In this document: positions 25,328 to 34,767 of the stretch, in pieces
Position numbering within the stretch: the first letter of the stretch is position 1
How the letters are laid out: every line of letters starts with the position of its first letter
IMG/VR virus record: IMGVR_UViG_3300025834_000005
Reading direction: 5' to 3' (one strand)
DNA from: a virus
DNA: 64,000 nt
Position numbers and translations under genes: made by a program
The notes under the pieces: generated by a model
Told to the model about the DNA's origin: nothing
Databases searched by the model: none
Seen by the model: only the letters and a program-made list of their open reading frames with translations

Positions 25328-26248
25328 TTAAAATATTAAATTTTTAAAGTTTATCTCAGTTTCTTTAATCTCTTTCACGTAATTGTATGAACAGTGTTTC
25401 TCGCTACAGCTAATACTCTTATTAAAAGGAGATAATTGGTGAGCTGTTTTCATAAATAGCACACCATTATTCTCGGTAACGCCAGCATTATGAAATATCT
25501 GGCATTCATACCATCTATGAATACCGTCAGTAGCCCATGCAAAATCAAGACCTTTATCAATTTTAACCTCGTGATTAAAATATATTGCATTCCATAAAAC
25601 AGCCCACATATCAGCAGTCCAAGCCTGTATAGGATAATTTGGTGAATATATTTTAGACGTTGACACCATATATTCGTACAATGTCTCGGAATCTCTTTCA
25701 CATTTTCTCCAAAATTCAGCATCAACATTTTTTATCATATATTGTGCACCGCCAGCATTTTTATCATTACTCTCAATAACAGATGGCGATACGCCAACAA
25801 TATCACACATACCCTTAAATAACTCAACGCTTTTACTTTTTATATAATTACTATCAATGTATGAACGTGTATCACTAAGATACCATATATTATCATGATC
25901 ATACTTACTTAAGTCCATTTTCTCAGTAAATATAACATCAGGGTCTGTAAAGAAAAATGTCTCTTTATTTAAAAATGGAAACATTTCAAAGAATTGAGCT
26001 AATATATTATGCCTAAATGATACACCGTATTTAGTATTTTTACGCTGATCTTCATAGAAATGAAAGTTACATTTGATTGAACTATCAGCAGCTATTTTCA
26101 ACATATTGTTGTTATACTTAGCTCCCTTGTGCTTTCCTACAACGTATATAACATCTTGCTCAATCCCTAATTTTCTAAAATTATTTATCTGAACCAAAAT
26201 CTGCCATACATAGTAATTATTATCTGGTAATGCTATTAATATCTTCAT
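25328..26248 (-). CDS. putative GT-A-type glycosyltransferase (weak)
   Basis: Rossmann-like N-terminus 'MKILIALPDNNYYVWQ..' and a DxD-like 'FFFTDPDVIF'. Assignment rests on motif resemblance only. Confidence 0.35.
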   Translation of the reverse strand: MKILIALPDNNYYVWQILVQINNFRKLGIEQDVIYVVGKHKGAKYNNNMLKIAADSSIKCNFHFYEDQRKNTKYGVSFRHNILAQFFEMFPFLNKETFFFTDPDVIFTEKMDLSKYDHDNIWYLSDTRSYIDSNYIKSKSVELFKGMCDIVGVSPSVIESNDKNAGGAQYMIKNVDAEFWRKCERDSETLYEYMVSTSKIYSPNYPIQAWTADMWAVLWNAIYFNHEVKIDKGLDFAWATDGIHRWYECQIFHNAGVTENNGVLFMKTAHQLSPFNKSISCSEKHCSYNYVKEIKETEINFKNLIF

Positions 26249-26258
26249 AAATTAATTT

Positions 26259-29200
26259 TTATACTGATGGTGTTAATGTGTCATTGCCGTTTATGTATCC
26301 TAAACCTGTTGAAATCGTGTATGTTAATGTTGCAACACGATCACCACTACTAAGTGCTTTAACAGGATAACCTGTAGAAAGCACAACTGTTGAGGTTGAA
26401 TCGATATTATACGTACTTGTATATCCAGTATTTATAAAATTATATCCAGTACCCGTATCAGCCTGTCTAATCATTGTACCGCCTTTATATAAGGATGCTG
26501 CGACATTTACGGCTGTAGTGCCACTCACGCCATACCAAAATGCTCTCGCATCGACTACAATTGTATCTTCTAACGGATACAATGTTTTAAAATTTATTAA
26601 ATCGATTTTTACAGCCTCAAAACCAATACCCATATTATCGCCACCCCATGTTAGAATTGGAATTCCTGTTGAGGGATAAATAGTCCTTCCTGACCCAGAT
26701 GACCCAGATGGAACGCCCCATCCAAGATAATCTTGCTGAGTTGATTGTCCAATATTAGGACTAACAATTCGAGTCCTTGTATCTAAATCACTACCATCGG
26801 TAAATTGATAGGTTAATACCATATAATCAGCATCAAATACAAATGCGCCAACTATTGTTGAACCTGTTACTGAGCATCCCATACTATCAGTAACCATAAT
26901 CATAATTTCTGATCCACCTGATAAGCCTGTAGATGTGTTAGTTGCCGATGAACTATTTAAAGTATACTGACCAACACTCCAAACATAATCATATGGAGAT
27001 GATCCTCCAACAACTGCTACGGTTGCCGTTCCGTCAGAAGCACCAACAGTGGTTGGGTTTGTTGATGTGAACGATATAGTCATAGGATTACTCACACATG
27101 GCGATACTGTTGTGGTGGTTGTGGTGGTTGTGGTGGTTACAACATCGTCAAGCCATTCGTATAACGGCATAGGCTGTAATTTTTTTATAATACTGCCATC
27201 ATCGCCAAGATATTTGAAATTGTAATCAGTATTAAAAACCGTAGCATTTTCAGTATCGCCAGATAATGCGATCATGCCCATATAAGCACCTCTACGATAA
27301 GCGAATTTCTGTTTCGTAAACATACTGTTTCGAACAATCATGCCACTTTTTCTTAATATAATTGTCGGTGATAATAATTTGTCAACGAATTTATGAAAGA
27401 AAGCATTATATTTGTTAAGGAATGCATATAGATTTGAAAAAGTATAGCCATTGGAGTGATTCAGATCATCAACCTGCGATAGTCCATTTTTTAAATAATC
27501 CAAATAAACTTTCAGCAAAGATGGATACCATCCGCCTTTGCCGTCTGTAATTGTTTTACGATTCTTAGCATTAATTAAATTTTTCTGAGTCTGATCAATA
27601 AAATCCATGAATGATAATTGTGTTATATTATCAATACCGTATACCTTATAGGTATTTAAATAATAAACACTAAAAACGGTATAATGTGCGATTGGTTGTG
27701 TTAACACAATCTTATAAGGATTAGATATATCCATATAATAATCACTATTAACGGCAAGACCAATACCGTTCATCAATATTTTTATATCACTTGGCTTATT
27801 TACCCTGTAATTAATCATTAAAACATACTTACCAATGGTGGTATCGAAGAATACTTTACTATTATCACTTGAGTTATAGTAAAGTATTTCATTATCCATA
27901 TTGACTGTATTATTTGAAACTATCACAAATGTAACCTGAACAATAGGGTCTATAATAAGGTAATCAGTAAAGAATGAATTCAGTATCAGTATCTGCGTAG
28001 GGTCACTCGGATTAATCTTATAATCACCATCAATTCCTGTTCCAGTTCCAGCATTTATCAATTCAATACCGTTAATTGTTAGCTGAACCTTTCCATTAGG
28101 TTCTGATGGTAGTTGTAGAATTGTTCCCACAGCATTTGCAGATACTCTTGTTGAAATATATCTAACAAGTGTATCATTGGCTACCAAACTATTTTTATAG
28201 ATGTATGTTATCTCAACAACATCATCACTTCCAGATACAGGATTGTTTAAAGTAACGACATTTCCAGATAATGAATAGTCAATGTCATATGATGTAGTGC
28301 CAGTATTTCCACTTCTATTGGTACTTAATAGAATACCGTTAAATCTAACCTCAACATCACCCTCTGGCATATAAGGCAACGTAAATACAGTGTCGCTATT
28401 ACTATGATCTAATGATAAATTTATAAAAAAATTAGAATCTGGAATAGCATTTGTTTTAGCATATGAAAACATATCATACTCAATACCTCTGGCAACGTCT
28501 AATCCGACATCGACTTCTTTGGTATTTAAAACAAGTCTACTATCTTCCTGATAATATTGAGGAGTTGACTGATGTGAACGAATTGTCTCGCCAGACTGTA
28601 CCCATGATTTTTTATTATCAATTGTCTGATAAAGATCAAAGCCAGCTTTTCTAAAAACATTCATATAATCCTGTCCACTATCCGTATTACCAGACACCTG
28701 AAAATAGAAGTCATTAGTTTCCAAAGGCGCAACAGGATATCCGTTAACATCAAATGGTAATGAATTCGTAGGATAATTCTGTTTTATTCTTAATGGTGAA
28801 TTTTCTGCGGGGTTAATTTTACCATCAACAGTATAAACATATTCAGTTATATTAATAAATGGCTCAGGAATACCTATAAGTAAAAATATAGACTTGATAG
28901 CATCCCTTGTGCCTTTTGATTTCCAATAATAGTTGGTGTTAATTAAAATTCGTCTCCAAACCTCGATATCTATTTCAAGAGGCAATAAATCGGAATTTAA
29001 ATTTCTTTCCTTATCATCAACAGATAATAAGCTATTCATTAAATCAACCTCATTGGTAATTGGGAAATAATCCCAGCCAAATGTTTGAGCTAAATTTGAA
29101 ACGAATGCATCAGGAACATTGTCCTTCTTATCATATGACACACGATTAACATACTGTAACGAATCCACAAATATTCTGAGTTGATCAAACTCATAGCCAT

Positions 29201-30257
29201 AAGTCCTTAATAATTTAGTGATTTTATTATTATCAGTTAAATCATAAGCTTTTAGTGATGATGTTGTCAAAAATCTGGCAATTAAGTCAGTTTTTATAGC
29301 ATCAAATTTACCGCCAATATTTAATAATGCCTCTAAAAATTGCTTATAAGGCATATTATTTATGTCTATATTATAGCCATCAATGGTAGGCCATATCAAG
29401 TTACTGTTAATATATTCAATCTCGCCATCATCATTTATTGATGGATTATTTACAGTGAATGAAAAACCTTTATCAACCCTCTCTGATAACATATATCTCT
29501 CATAATCCTTCAAGCCAAGTCTATATTCATCGAATACATTAACATTTGGCTTTATATGGAAGTCAAACTTACCATAAGCTGAATTATTTGTAAACTCAAA
29601 AGGATTGCCTTCTGCTGTGATAATTATAAAATCGTTTACAGAATCGTATCCTGTAAAACTTGTTATCTTATATGAATTTTCGGAATTGAATGTAGACCAT
29701 ATTGCGTATTTCTCAAATGATATGCAAACATTACTTAATTCAGTACCTGTATAGTGTGTGCTAAAGTCACTGTTATATGTTAAATTAAATTTACTATCTA
29801 TAACAGATACAGGCACTTTGAAGGTTGAGGTATTGCTTATTGGGTCGAATAAATAATCATAATATGTTACGATTTGACTCCTATCCTTCTGTGAATTAGA
29901 GAACAAGCTACCTGGGAAATTACTGATTATGTTTTGCACAGCAAATCTAAAATACTCATAAGCAGAGCCAAATCTAATATATTTATTTATGTCAGATTTT
30001 TCTAAATTTAATTTTATCTCATTGGTGTTAGAGAAAATTAAATCGGATTGTGTTTTGGTAACGCCGAGGGTCTCCAATGTGATAGGCTTTACGAATCCGC
30101 TCAGCTTATTACTATGATTGACAGTTCTTTTGTTATCGAAATTTGAAGTAACTCTAAACTTACCGAATGAAAAAATGGTTTCAGATGTAATGTTATTAAA
30201 GTTTCCACCATTGACATTCTGATCCTGATTATATGTTAAAACTCTTTTTATAGCCAC
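26259..30257 (-). CDS. giant (1332 aa) baseplate/fibre-associated structural protein with poly-Thr linker and SprB-type repeat; GTG start
   Basis: Uninterrupted 4-kb ORF with start codon GTG (cac at 30255-30257). Has a 10xThr linker, then 'TNPTTVGASDGTATVAVVGGSSPYDYVWS' (SprB-repeat pattern G.sDG..tV.v.GG..PY.Y.WS), then a C-terminal 'DLDTRT...TWGGDN' beta-domain. Confidence 0.6.
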   Translation of the reverse strand: MAIKRVLTYNQDQNVNGGNFNNITSETIFSFGKFRVTSNFDNKRTVNHSNKLSGFVKPITLETLGVTKTQSDLIFSNTNEIKLNLEKSDINKYIRFGSAYEYFRFAVQNIISNFPGSLFSNSQKDRSQIVTYYDYLFDPISNTSTFKVPVSVIDSKFNLTYNSDFSTHYTGTELSNVCISFEKYAIWSTFNSENSYKITSFTGYDSVNDFIIITAEGNPFEFTNNSAYGKFDFHIKPNVNVFDEYRLGLKDYERYMLSERVDKGFSFTVNNPSINDDGEIEYINSNLIWPTIDGYNIDINNMPYKQFLEALLNIGGKFDAIKTDLIARFLTTSSLKAYDLTDNNKITKLLRTYGYEFDQLRIFVDSLQYVNRVSYDKKDNVPDAFVSNLAQTFGWDYFPITNEVDLMNSLLSVDDKERNLNSDLLPLEIDIEVWRRILINTNYYWKSKGTRDAIKSIFLLIGIPEPFINITEYVYTVDGKINPAENSPLRIKQNYPTNSLPFDVNGYPVAPLETNDFYFQVSGNTDSGQDYMNVFRKAGFDLYQTIDNKKSWVQSGETIRSHQSTPQYYQEDSRLVLNTKEVDVGLDVARGIEYDMFSYAKTNAIPDSNFFINLSLDHSNSDTVFTLPYMPEGDVEVRFNGILLSTNRSGNTGTTSYDIDYSLSGNVVTLNNPVSGSDDVVEITYIYKNSLVANDTLVRYISTRVSANAVGTILQLPSEPNGKVQLTINGIELINAGTGTGIDGDYKINPSDPTQILILNSFFTDYLIIDPIVQVTFVIVSNNTVNMDNEILYYNSSDNSKVFFDTTIGKYVLMINYRVNKPSDIKILMNGIGLAVNSDYYMDISNPYKIVLTQPIAHYTVFSVYYLNTYKVYGIDNITQLSFMDFIDQTQKNLINAKNRKTITDGKGGWYPSLLKVYLDYLKNGLSQVDDLNHSNGYTFSNLYAFLNKYNAFFHKFVDKLLSPTIILRKSGMIVRNSMFTKQKFAYRRGAYMGMIALSGDTENATVFNTDYNFKYLGDDGSIIKKLQPMPLYEWLDDVVTTTTTTTTTTVSPCVSNPMTISFTSTNPTTVGASDGTATVAVVGGSSPYDYVWSVGQYTLNSSSATNTSTGLSGGSEIMIMVTDSMGCSVTGSTIVGAFVFDADYMVLTYQFTDGSDLDTRTRIVSPNIGQSTQQDYLGWGVPSGSSGSGRTIYPSTGIPILTWGGDNMGIGFEAVKIDLINFKTLYPLEDTIVVDARAFWYGVSGTTAVNVAASLYKGGTMIRQADTGTGYNFINTGYTSTYNIDSTSTVVLSTGYPVKALSSGDRVATLTYTISTGLGYINGNDTLTPSV
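26975..27100 (-). other. SprB-type repeat unit within the 1332-aa protein
   Basis: The GxSDGxxTVxVxGGxxPYxYxWS pattern is characteristic of the Flavobacterium SprB gliding-adhesin repeat. Confidence 0.55.
27108..27137 (-). repeat. 10 consecutive Thr codons; (tgtggtggt)x3 at 27111-27137
   Basis: ACC ACC ACA repeated on the coding strand. Confidence 0.9.
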
Positions 30258-30296
30258 AGTTTTGCTTTTTTAATAAATACATAAAAAAGCAAAACT
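30258..30296 (-). terminator. 14-bp stem hairpin (agttttgctttttt / aaaaaagcaaaact) enclosing the GTATTTAT motif in its loop
   Basis: Arms at 30258-30271 / 30283-30296 with an 11-nt loop containing the motif. Lies between the stop at 30311 and the GTG start at 30257. Candidate terminator/attenuator or palindromic operator. Confidence 0.5.
30273..30280 (-). promoter_or_regulatory. GTATTTAT upstream motif
   Basis: 15 nt upstream of the GTG at 30257. Confidence 0.45.
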
Positions 30297-30310
30297 TAAT
30301 GGCGTGAAAA

Positions 30311-31213
30311 TTATATACCTTCAGGTATTATCTGGGTGGCATCAATGTTATCAACTCGTTTTCTTTTTGCTTCTAACGATACAGATTTTGTAATATCATC
30401 CTCATAGGTTAATAAGTCATACTGAGTCCTAATAATACCCTCACCATCGTATAACGTTAATATACCATTATCAACATCCTTTAGTTGATTTCCAAGTAAC
30501 ACATCCGATAAGGTCTGGACTGTATTTTCAACAAATTCAACCTCAATTGACACTGGCGTAAAATTTGTATTAGATAGGATTATATATTGCGATGGTATGC
30601 CTATAAATGGTAATACATTAGGCTTGATCTCTGAAGGACTACTTGGCGTCAACTGAAGAAATATAAGTGTACCAGAGTCGTCTAATCGATATCTGATAGC
30701 TTTTTGTGATGTTGAGCCTACATTCTCCTGAACAGGCACAACCTTATTTGAGGTTACAACAGTTCTTGTGACGTTTCTAAGTTTTGTGAGGTCTTGATTG
30801 ATATACTCAATTCTATAACCCTGTAAAGCATTATTCGATTTTAAAGCCGATGATGTTAATAATGTTGAATCAATTATAATACCTTTAGTTGTTGGCATTG
30901 CTGATAATACACCGCAATCCAATATAGGTATAATGTAAGATTTAGGCTTTAAATATATTGTATATATCCCCTTTTGATTAAAAATAGATGCTGGTAATTT
31001 TAGATTATACATTCCCTCTATAAGATTTTCCATACCAGATACATATTCGCTATCAGTGGTTGAGATCGTACAGTACTCTAAAACAGATGCTGAGGGAACG
31101 GATACCATTAAAGTATTGCTTGTTTCTCTATTTGATACGAAATTATAATAAACGCTAATATCATCAATACTAACATCGGATGATCTTATTGCGCCAGTTA
31201 CACCTATACTCAT
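30311..31213 (-). CDS. hypothetical structural-module protein
   Basis: 300-aa ORF between baseplate genes and the giant fibre gene, preceded by GTATTTAT with 16-nt spacing. Confidence 0.5.
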   Translation of the reverse strand: MSIGVTGAIRSSDVSIDDISVYYNFVSNRETSNTLMVSVPSASVLEYCTISTTDSEYVSGMENLIEGMYNLKLPASIFNQKGIYTIYLKPKSYIIPILDCGVLSAMPTTKGIIIDSTLLTSSALKSNNALQGYRIEYINQDLTKLRNVTRTVVTSNKVVPVQENVGSTSQKAIRYRLDDSGTLIFLQLTPSSPSEIKPNVLPFIGIPSQYIILSNTNFTPVSIEVEFVENTVQTLSDVLLGNQLKDVDNGILTLYDGEGIIRTQYDLLTYEDDITKSVSLEAKRKRVDNIDATQIIPEGI

Positions 31214-31229
31214 AAACTATTATTTGTTA

Positions 31230-31237
31230 ATAAATAC
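31230..31237 (-). promoter_or_regulatory. GTATTTAT upstream motif
   Basis: 16 nt upstream of the ATG at 31213, in the 32-nt gap. Confidence 0.45.
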
Positions 31238-31245
31238 GACAATTA

Positions 31246-31917
31246 TTATATATTATTAATGATATTAAAAAATCCACCACCCACATATGTCTCAAGCTGT
31301 AATATGCTATCAATATGCTCAAGTCTATAGACAGAGTCGAAAACGCTAATATTTTGACGATCAATAAACACATCACTAATAATATTGGGTTCTGTAGCCA
31401 AACCAACAATTAAATCATCGGTATAAATAATCTCATCGTTAACAACCATTATTCCCATCGTTAATCGCTGATTCATAGCATTACTAAGAGACTCAGCGAA
31501 ATCAGGCGATGTATATCCCATACCCTGAAAATTAGCCACCGTAACATTATTAAGTTTGTTATCGATATATTGGATATTATCAATATAATAAACGATATGA
31601 GTGCCGTCATCTGATACCACGCCAGTACCACCTGTTATCGGTCTGATAATGTAATAGTCACTTAATGTAGCCGCTGTTGCTGGAGCATATTTAGTTAATT
31701 CTGAAAGTCTTGACTGAACAGTAGCTCCCGATATAAAGCATGTTGTACCAGAAAATGATGTTGTGGCTGATAAGGGCGGCTCATTATAAACCAAATCTGT
31801 TGTTAAGCATATATTAAAGCTATAAACAGCATCTAAATCATCAACAAATTTAAAAGTACCGTCGTTATTAAACTCCTGTTTTACTTTCCACAATATTTTC
31901 TTCTTAATCAATTCCAT
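31246..31917 (-). CDS. hypothetical structural-module protein
   Basis: 223-aa ORF with a 1-nt overlap with the Baseplate_J-like gene. Confidence 0.5.
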   Translation of the reverse strand: MELIKKKILWKVKQEFNNDGTFKFVDDLDAVYSFNICLTTDLVYNEPPLSATTSFSGTTCFISGATVQSRLSELTKYAPATAATLSDYYIIRPITGGTGVVSDDGTHIVYYIDNIQYIDNKLNNVTVANFQGMGYTSPDFAESLSNAMNQRLTMGIMVVNDEIIYTDDLIVGLATEPNIISDVFIDRQNISVFDSVYRLEHIDSILQLETYVGGGFFNIINNI

Positions 31918-33752
31918 TAAATATCAGTTCTTTTTCTTAAATACACTCTAATATCCTTTTCAGGGTATTTTATTTCGAACATTGAGTCAGGGTCAGAATA
32001 AATAGCATTGTTAATGATCGTTATTTCGCCTGTAGAGGTGTTAGTAATTGCTTGTGAAACTGGATTTACAGAATAAACTCCGCCAACCTTATTATAAATT
32101 TTCATACTTATAACATTGTTAACGCCGCTAATATTATTTATAGTGTTGTTTAGTTTACCTAAGAATATATCCTCATTCATTTCATGATCATTTATATTAA
32201 AATATGTTGTAACTGCGTTAATAATATTGTTAGCGATCTGATTATCTGATAACGTATTAACGTAAACATCAATATCAATAGCTAAATTGTATATTCTGCC
32301 ATCCTTTATCTCAACATAATCGTTAACCATTCTAAACCCACTTAAATACTCAGCAATATTCTCCTTTAAGATGGTGTTACTGGTGTTAGATAATTTACCG
32401 TCAGAACCAATTCCGATCATACTTGCAACAACCTTATTATTTAATTCATAAACATTTACCCTAAATGGTGAACCGAATTTTCCAGACATCTTATATAATT
32501 GAACAGCATAATCGGATAATCCGACACATCTATTCTGACCTGAATAATTATATCTTACAAGTTCCCTTATCTGTTCTATCGATAATCCGTCATTACCGCC
32601 TATGGCTGCTATTGGGTTATTAACCTTTAAGCTCTTTGAAACAGCTGTATTAAAGTCTTGACGTGATCCATTTGATTTTAAATTGTATGAGCCAAGCTGA
32701 TTTAAAGCACTTGCACCAATATTCGTATCTGAACCACCGCCTGATCTAAACTTAACATATAATGTGTAGTTTTCTTTTAGTTTATCGCCAAGAGCTGTGT
32801 TGTTGAGGAAATTATCGAGAAAACTCTTATTAGTAACGCCATTTTTTATGAATCCATTTTTAAATGTATCGACGTCGCTATCACCAGAACCGAAAATAAT
32901 TCTGCAATAGCCGTCAGATGTAAATTCCTTAATAAATTTCTTATTAATGTCAATCCACATTCCATTCTTTATATCGCCAGTAGATATACTACTATTCTCA
33001 ACAAATATTTTTGGCTGGGCTAAATACTCAACTTCATAATATCTAAATAAGCCAATTGCATCGCCGCTATTAAACTCGTCATTTGTTGGGTTGCTTGGGT
33101 TTGACGTTCCTTCCTTTAATATTATGCTCTCAATTTCGATAATGTCTCTATCAGGTAATGTTACACTGAAAAATGGCACAACGTCAGAGCTATTTATAAC
33201 CCTTTTAAACACTGTTGTTGATCCGTTGATGACTATCTCCCTTTTTGTAATGTTGTAGCTAATTATATTGCCATTTGTGTCGTAATTAGGTATGATCGAT
33301 CTATTAGGGTCACCTAAATTGCTAATTGGCGAACTCCAATCAATAACATCCTGTGTTTCGAATATCTTACCGCCACCCATAATTTGAGCACCTATAGCCA
33401 GAGTTGGGTAATACGATGCATCGGGTTTATCACCCAATACAGGGACATCAACCGAAAAATCGACAATGGTGACTGATGGTCTTTTATTTGGAATATTAAA
33501 TCCCATATTTTTAGCGATATCAATCATAGATTTTCTCAACTGTGCATTCTCAAGAGTAGTTTCCTGATATGCCCTATCAATGTTCATCGATAGGTTATTA
33601 TTAACACCAGCATTAATATCTATAAGCATTGCGCCAACACTCGAATCCATAAAATCACTAAGCACTTCGGGATATTGTTGTTTTATGTATGCTATTAAAT
33701 CGGTTTTGATATCGCCAAATGTTTTACTTGAATATCTTATAATATTTGTCAT
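31917..33752 (-). CDS. baseplate wedge protein, Baseplate_J (T4 gp6 / P2 gpJ)-like
   Basis: N-terminal 'FGDIKTDLIAYIKQQYPEVLSDFMDSSVGAMLIDINAG...LENAQLRKSMIDIAKNMGF' layout resembles Baseplate_J. Sits immediately downstream of the gp25-like gene, the canonical order. Confidence 0.5.
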   Translation of the reverse strand: MTNIIRYSSKTFGDIKTDLIAYIKQQYPEVLSDFMDSSVGAMLIDINAGVNNNLSMNIDRAYQETTLENAQLRKSMIDIAKNMGFNIPNKRPSVTIVDFSVDVPVLGDKPDASYYPTLAIGAQIMGGGKIFETQDVIDWSSPISNLGDPNRSIIPNYDTNGNIISYNITKREIVINGSTTVFKRVINSSDVVPFFSVTLPDRDIIEIESIILKEGTSNPSNPTNDEFNSGDAIGLFRYYEVEYLAQPKIFVENSSISTGDIKNGMWIDINKKFIKEFTSDGYCRIIFGSGDSDVDTFKNGFIKNGVTNKSFLDNFLNNTALGDKLKENYTLYVKFRSGGGSDTNIGASALNQLGSYNLKSNGSRQDFNTAVSKSLKVNNPIAAIGGNDGLSIEQIRELVRYNYSGQNRCVGLSDYAVQLYKMSGKFGSPFRVNVYELNNKVVASMIGIGSDGKLSNTSNTILKENIAEYLSGFRMVNDYVEIKDGRIYNLAIDIDVYVNTLSDNQIANNIINAVTTYFNINDHEMNEDIFLGKLNNTINNISGVNNVISMKIYNKVGGVYSVNPVSQAITNTSTGEITIINNAIYSDPDSMFEIKYPEKDIRVYLRKRTDI

Positions 33753-33766
33753 TGTATATTTTTATA

Positions 33767-34159
33767 TTAAAATTTTAATGTTAGGGTATCGGGTTCTGAA
33801 AATGTATCGTCCATATACACGAAGCTGATATTAACAACTATCTGGTCATCGCTGAGAGAATTATCTGTGTCTGATCTTGAAAATGTCACACTCTTAATTG
33901 TTATATTCGGCATGTATTTGGATACAGTCCTTTTTATTTCCTCCAGAATATCTGTCGCTGTTGTGTCGTCATTAGGCTCAAACAAATATTTTTCTAAGTT
34001 TGTGCCATAGTCTGAATCATAATATCTCTCGCCTTTTTGGGTTAACAGTAATAACATTAAATCGGAAGTATACGCATCCTTTGTCACTCTGTTTAATTCA
34101 AAAAAGGTATTAGTAATATTATTATCAATAATTGGAAATTTTATGTTATATGCACCCAT
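33767..34159 (-). CDS. baseplate wedge protein, GPW/gp25-like
   Basis: 'LMLLLLTQKGERYYDSDYGTNLEKYLFEPNDDTTATDILEEIKRTVSKYMPNITI' matches the gp25 family pattern T.kGER...p.fG..l..llFeP........i...i...l..yeP.i. Size of 130 aa is typical. Confidence 0.7.
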   Translation of the reverse strand: MGAYNIKFPIIDNNITNTFFELNRVTKDAYTSDLMLLLLTQKGERYYDSDYGTNLEKYLFEPNDDTTATDILEEIKRTVSKYMPNITIKSVTFSRSDTDNSLSDDQIVVNISFVYMDDTFSEPDTLTLKF

Positions 34160-34173
34160 TCAATAGTTTTTAT

Positions 34174-34181
34174 ATAAATAC
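34174..34181 (-). promoter_or_regulatory. GTATTTAT upstream motif
   Basis: 14 nt upstream of the ATG at 34159, directly downstream of the 34186-34216 terminator. Confidence 0.5.
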
Positions 34182-34185
34182 AAAC

Positions 34186-34216
34186 AAAAAAAAATCCTAA
34201 TTCATTGAATTAGGAT
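34186..34216 (-). terminator. rho-independent terminator
   Basis: Stem atcctaattc / gaattaggat (34194-34203 / 34207-34216) with a 3-nt loop. The 9-A run 34186-34194 gives the U-tract on the minus strand. Lies 28 nt after the stop at 34244. Confidence 0.75.
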
Positions 34217-34243
34217 TTTTCGATATTTTTAAACTATTTACGA

Positions 34244-34708
34244 TCAAGCTTTTGGTTTACGACCACGTTTAATGCCCTTTTCGGCTTTTAACTGTGTTTC
34301 TTCGTCACGAATTTTATCATAAACGCTTTTTACAGACTCTTTGAATGTGATAACCTTGTCGTCACCAAATTTCTTTAAGACACCTGTAAATGTGGTAAAG
34401 TCTGGTTTGTTAAGCGAAACAGCGTCAGTGTCGGATACTGATACACCTGCCAAGCATTCATGCAATGCGATTTTCTGAAATTCAGGAGTTAACATATCAA
34501 ATGCTTTTTCGTTAATAACGATAGCAAAATCGACGCCCTCTGATAACAATACTACTAAATCATTATTTCTAACGATTTTGGTAAGTTCTTTCTGAGTTAC
34601 ATTACAAAGTAACTTAAACACTAACCAACTTGGTAAAGAAGTTTCCTCAACCACCGAATCGAACAATTGTTCTAATTCATCACTTGCTTTTTCAAAATGT
34701 GTTGCCAT
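34244..34708 (-). CDS. hypothetical protein with basic C-terminal tail
   Basis: 154 aa ending 'KGIKRGRKPKA' (AT-hook-like). 'IALHECLAG' is not an intact HExxH. Confidence 0.45.
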   Translation of the reverse strand: MATHFEKASDELEQLFDSVVEETSLPSWLVFKLLCNVTQKELTKIVRNNDLVVLLSEGVDFAIVINEKAFDMLTPEFQKIALHECLAGVSVSDTDAVSLNKPDFTTFTGVLKKFGDDKVITFKESVKSVYDKIRDEETQLKAEKGIKRGRKPKA

Positions 34709-34741
34709 ACAAATATATATAATTATTAAAATTTAACGATA

Positions 34742-34749
34742 CAAAAGTA
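34742..34749 (-). promoter_or_regulatory. candidate host-type -7 element TACTTTTG (TAnnTTTG)
   Basis: Reverse complement of caaaagta, with 33 nt between the motif and the ATG at 34708. The same TATACTTTTGTA context occurs at 52055 and 55002. Confidence 0.4.
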
Positions 34750-34767
34750 TAATAAATTTATCTCAAA

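Noticed and set aside
22826-27137. Short tandem DNA repeats (ggtggttgt etc.) considered as a non-coding repeat array or CRISPR-like structure
   Set aside because: They are in-frame Thr/Pro codon repeats inside long ORFs (protein linkers). There is no repeat-spacer periodicity and there are no cas genes.
34171-34181. T4-type late promoter TATAAATA, visible on the plus strand at several sites (e.g. tatataaatac here, and also near 10575, 46483, 52525, 61725)
   Set aside because: The genes served are on the minus strand, so in the direction of transcription the sequence reads GTATTTATA, not TATAAATA. Half of the sites read taataaatac and lack the T4 octamer. The shared element is GTATTTAT.
34244-34708. 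Phage 'putative metallopeptidase'-like layout around 'IALHECLAG'
   Set aside because: The HExxH motif is not intact (HECLAG) and no third ligand is evident. The ORF is left as hypothetical.
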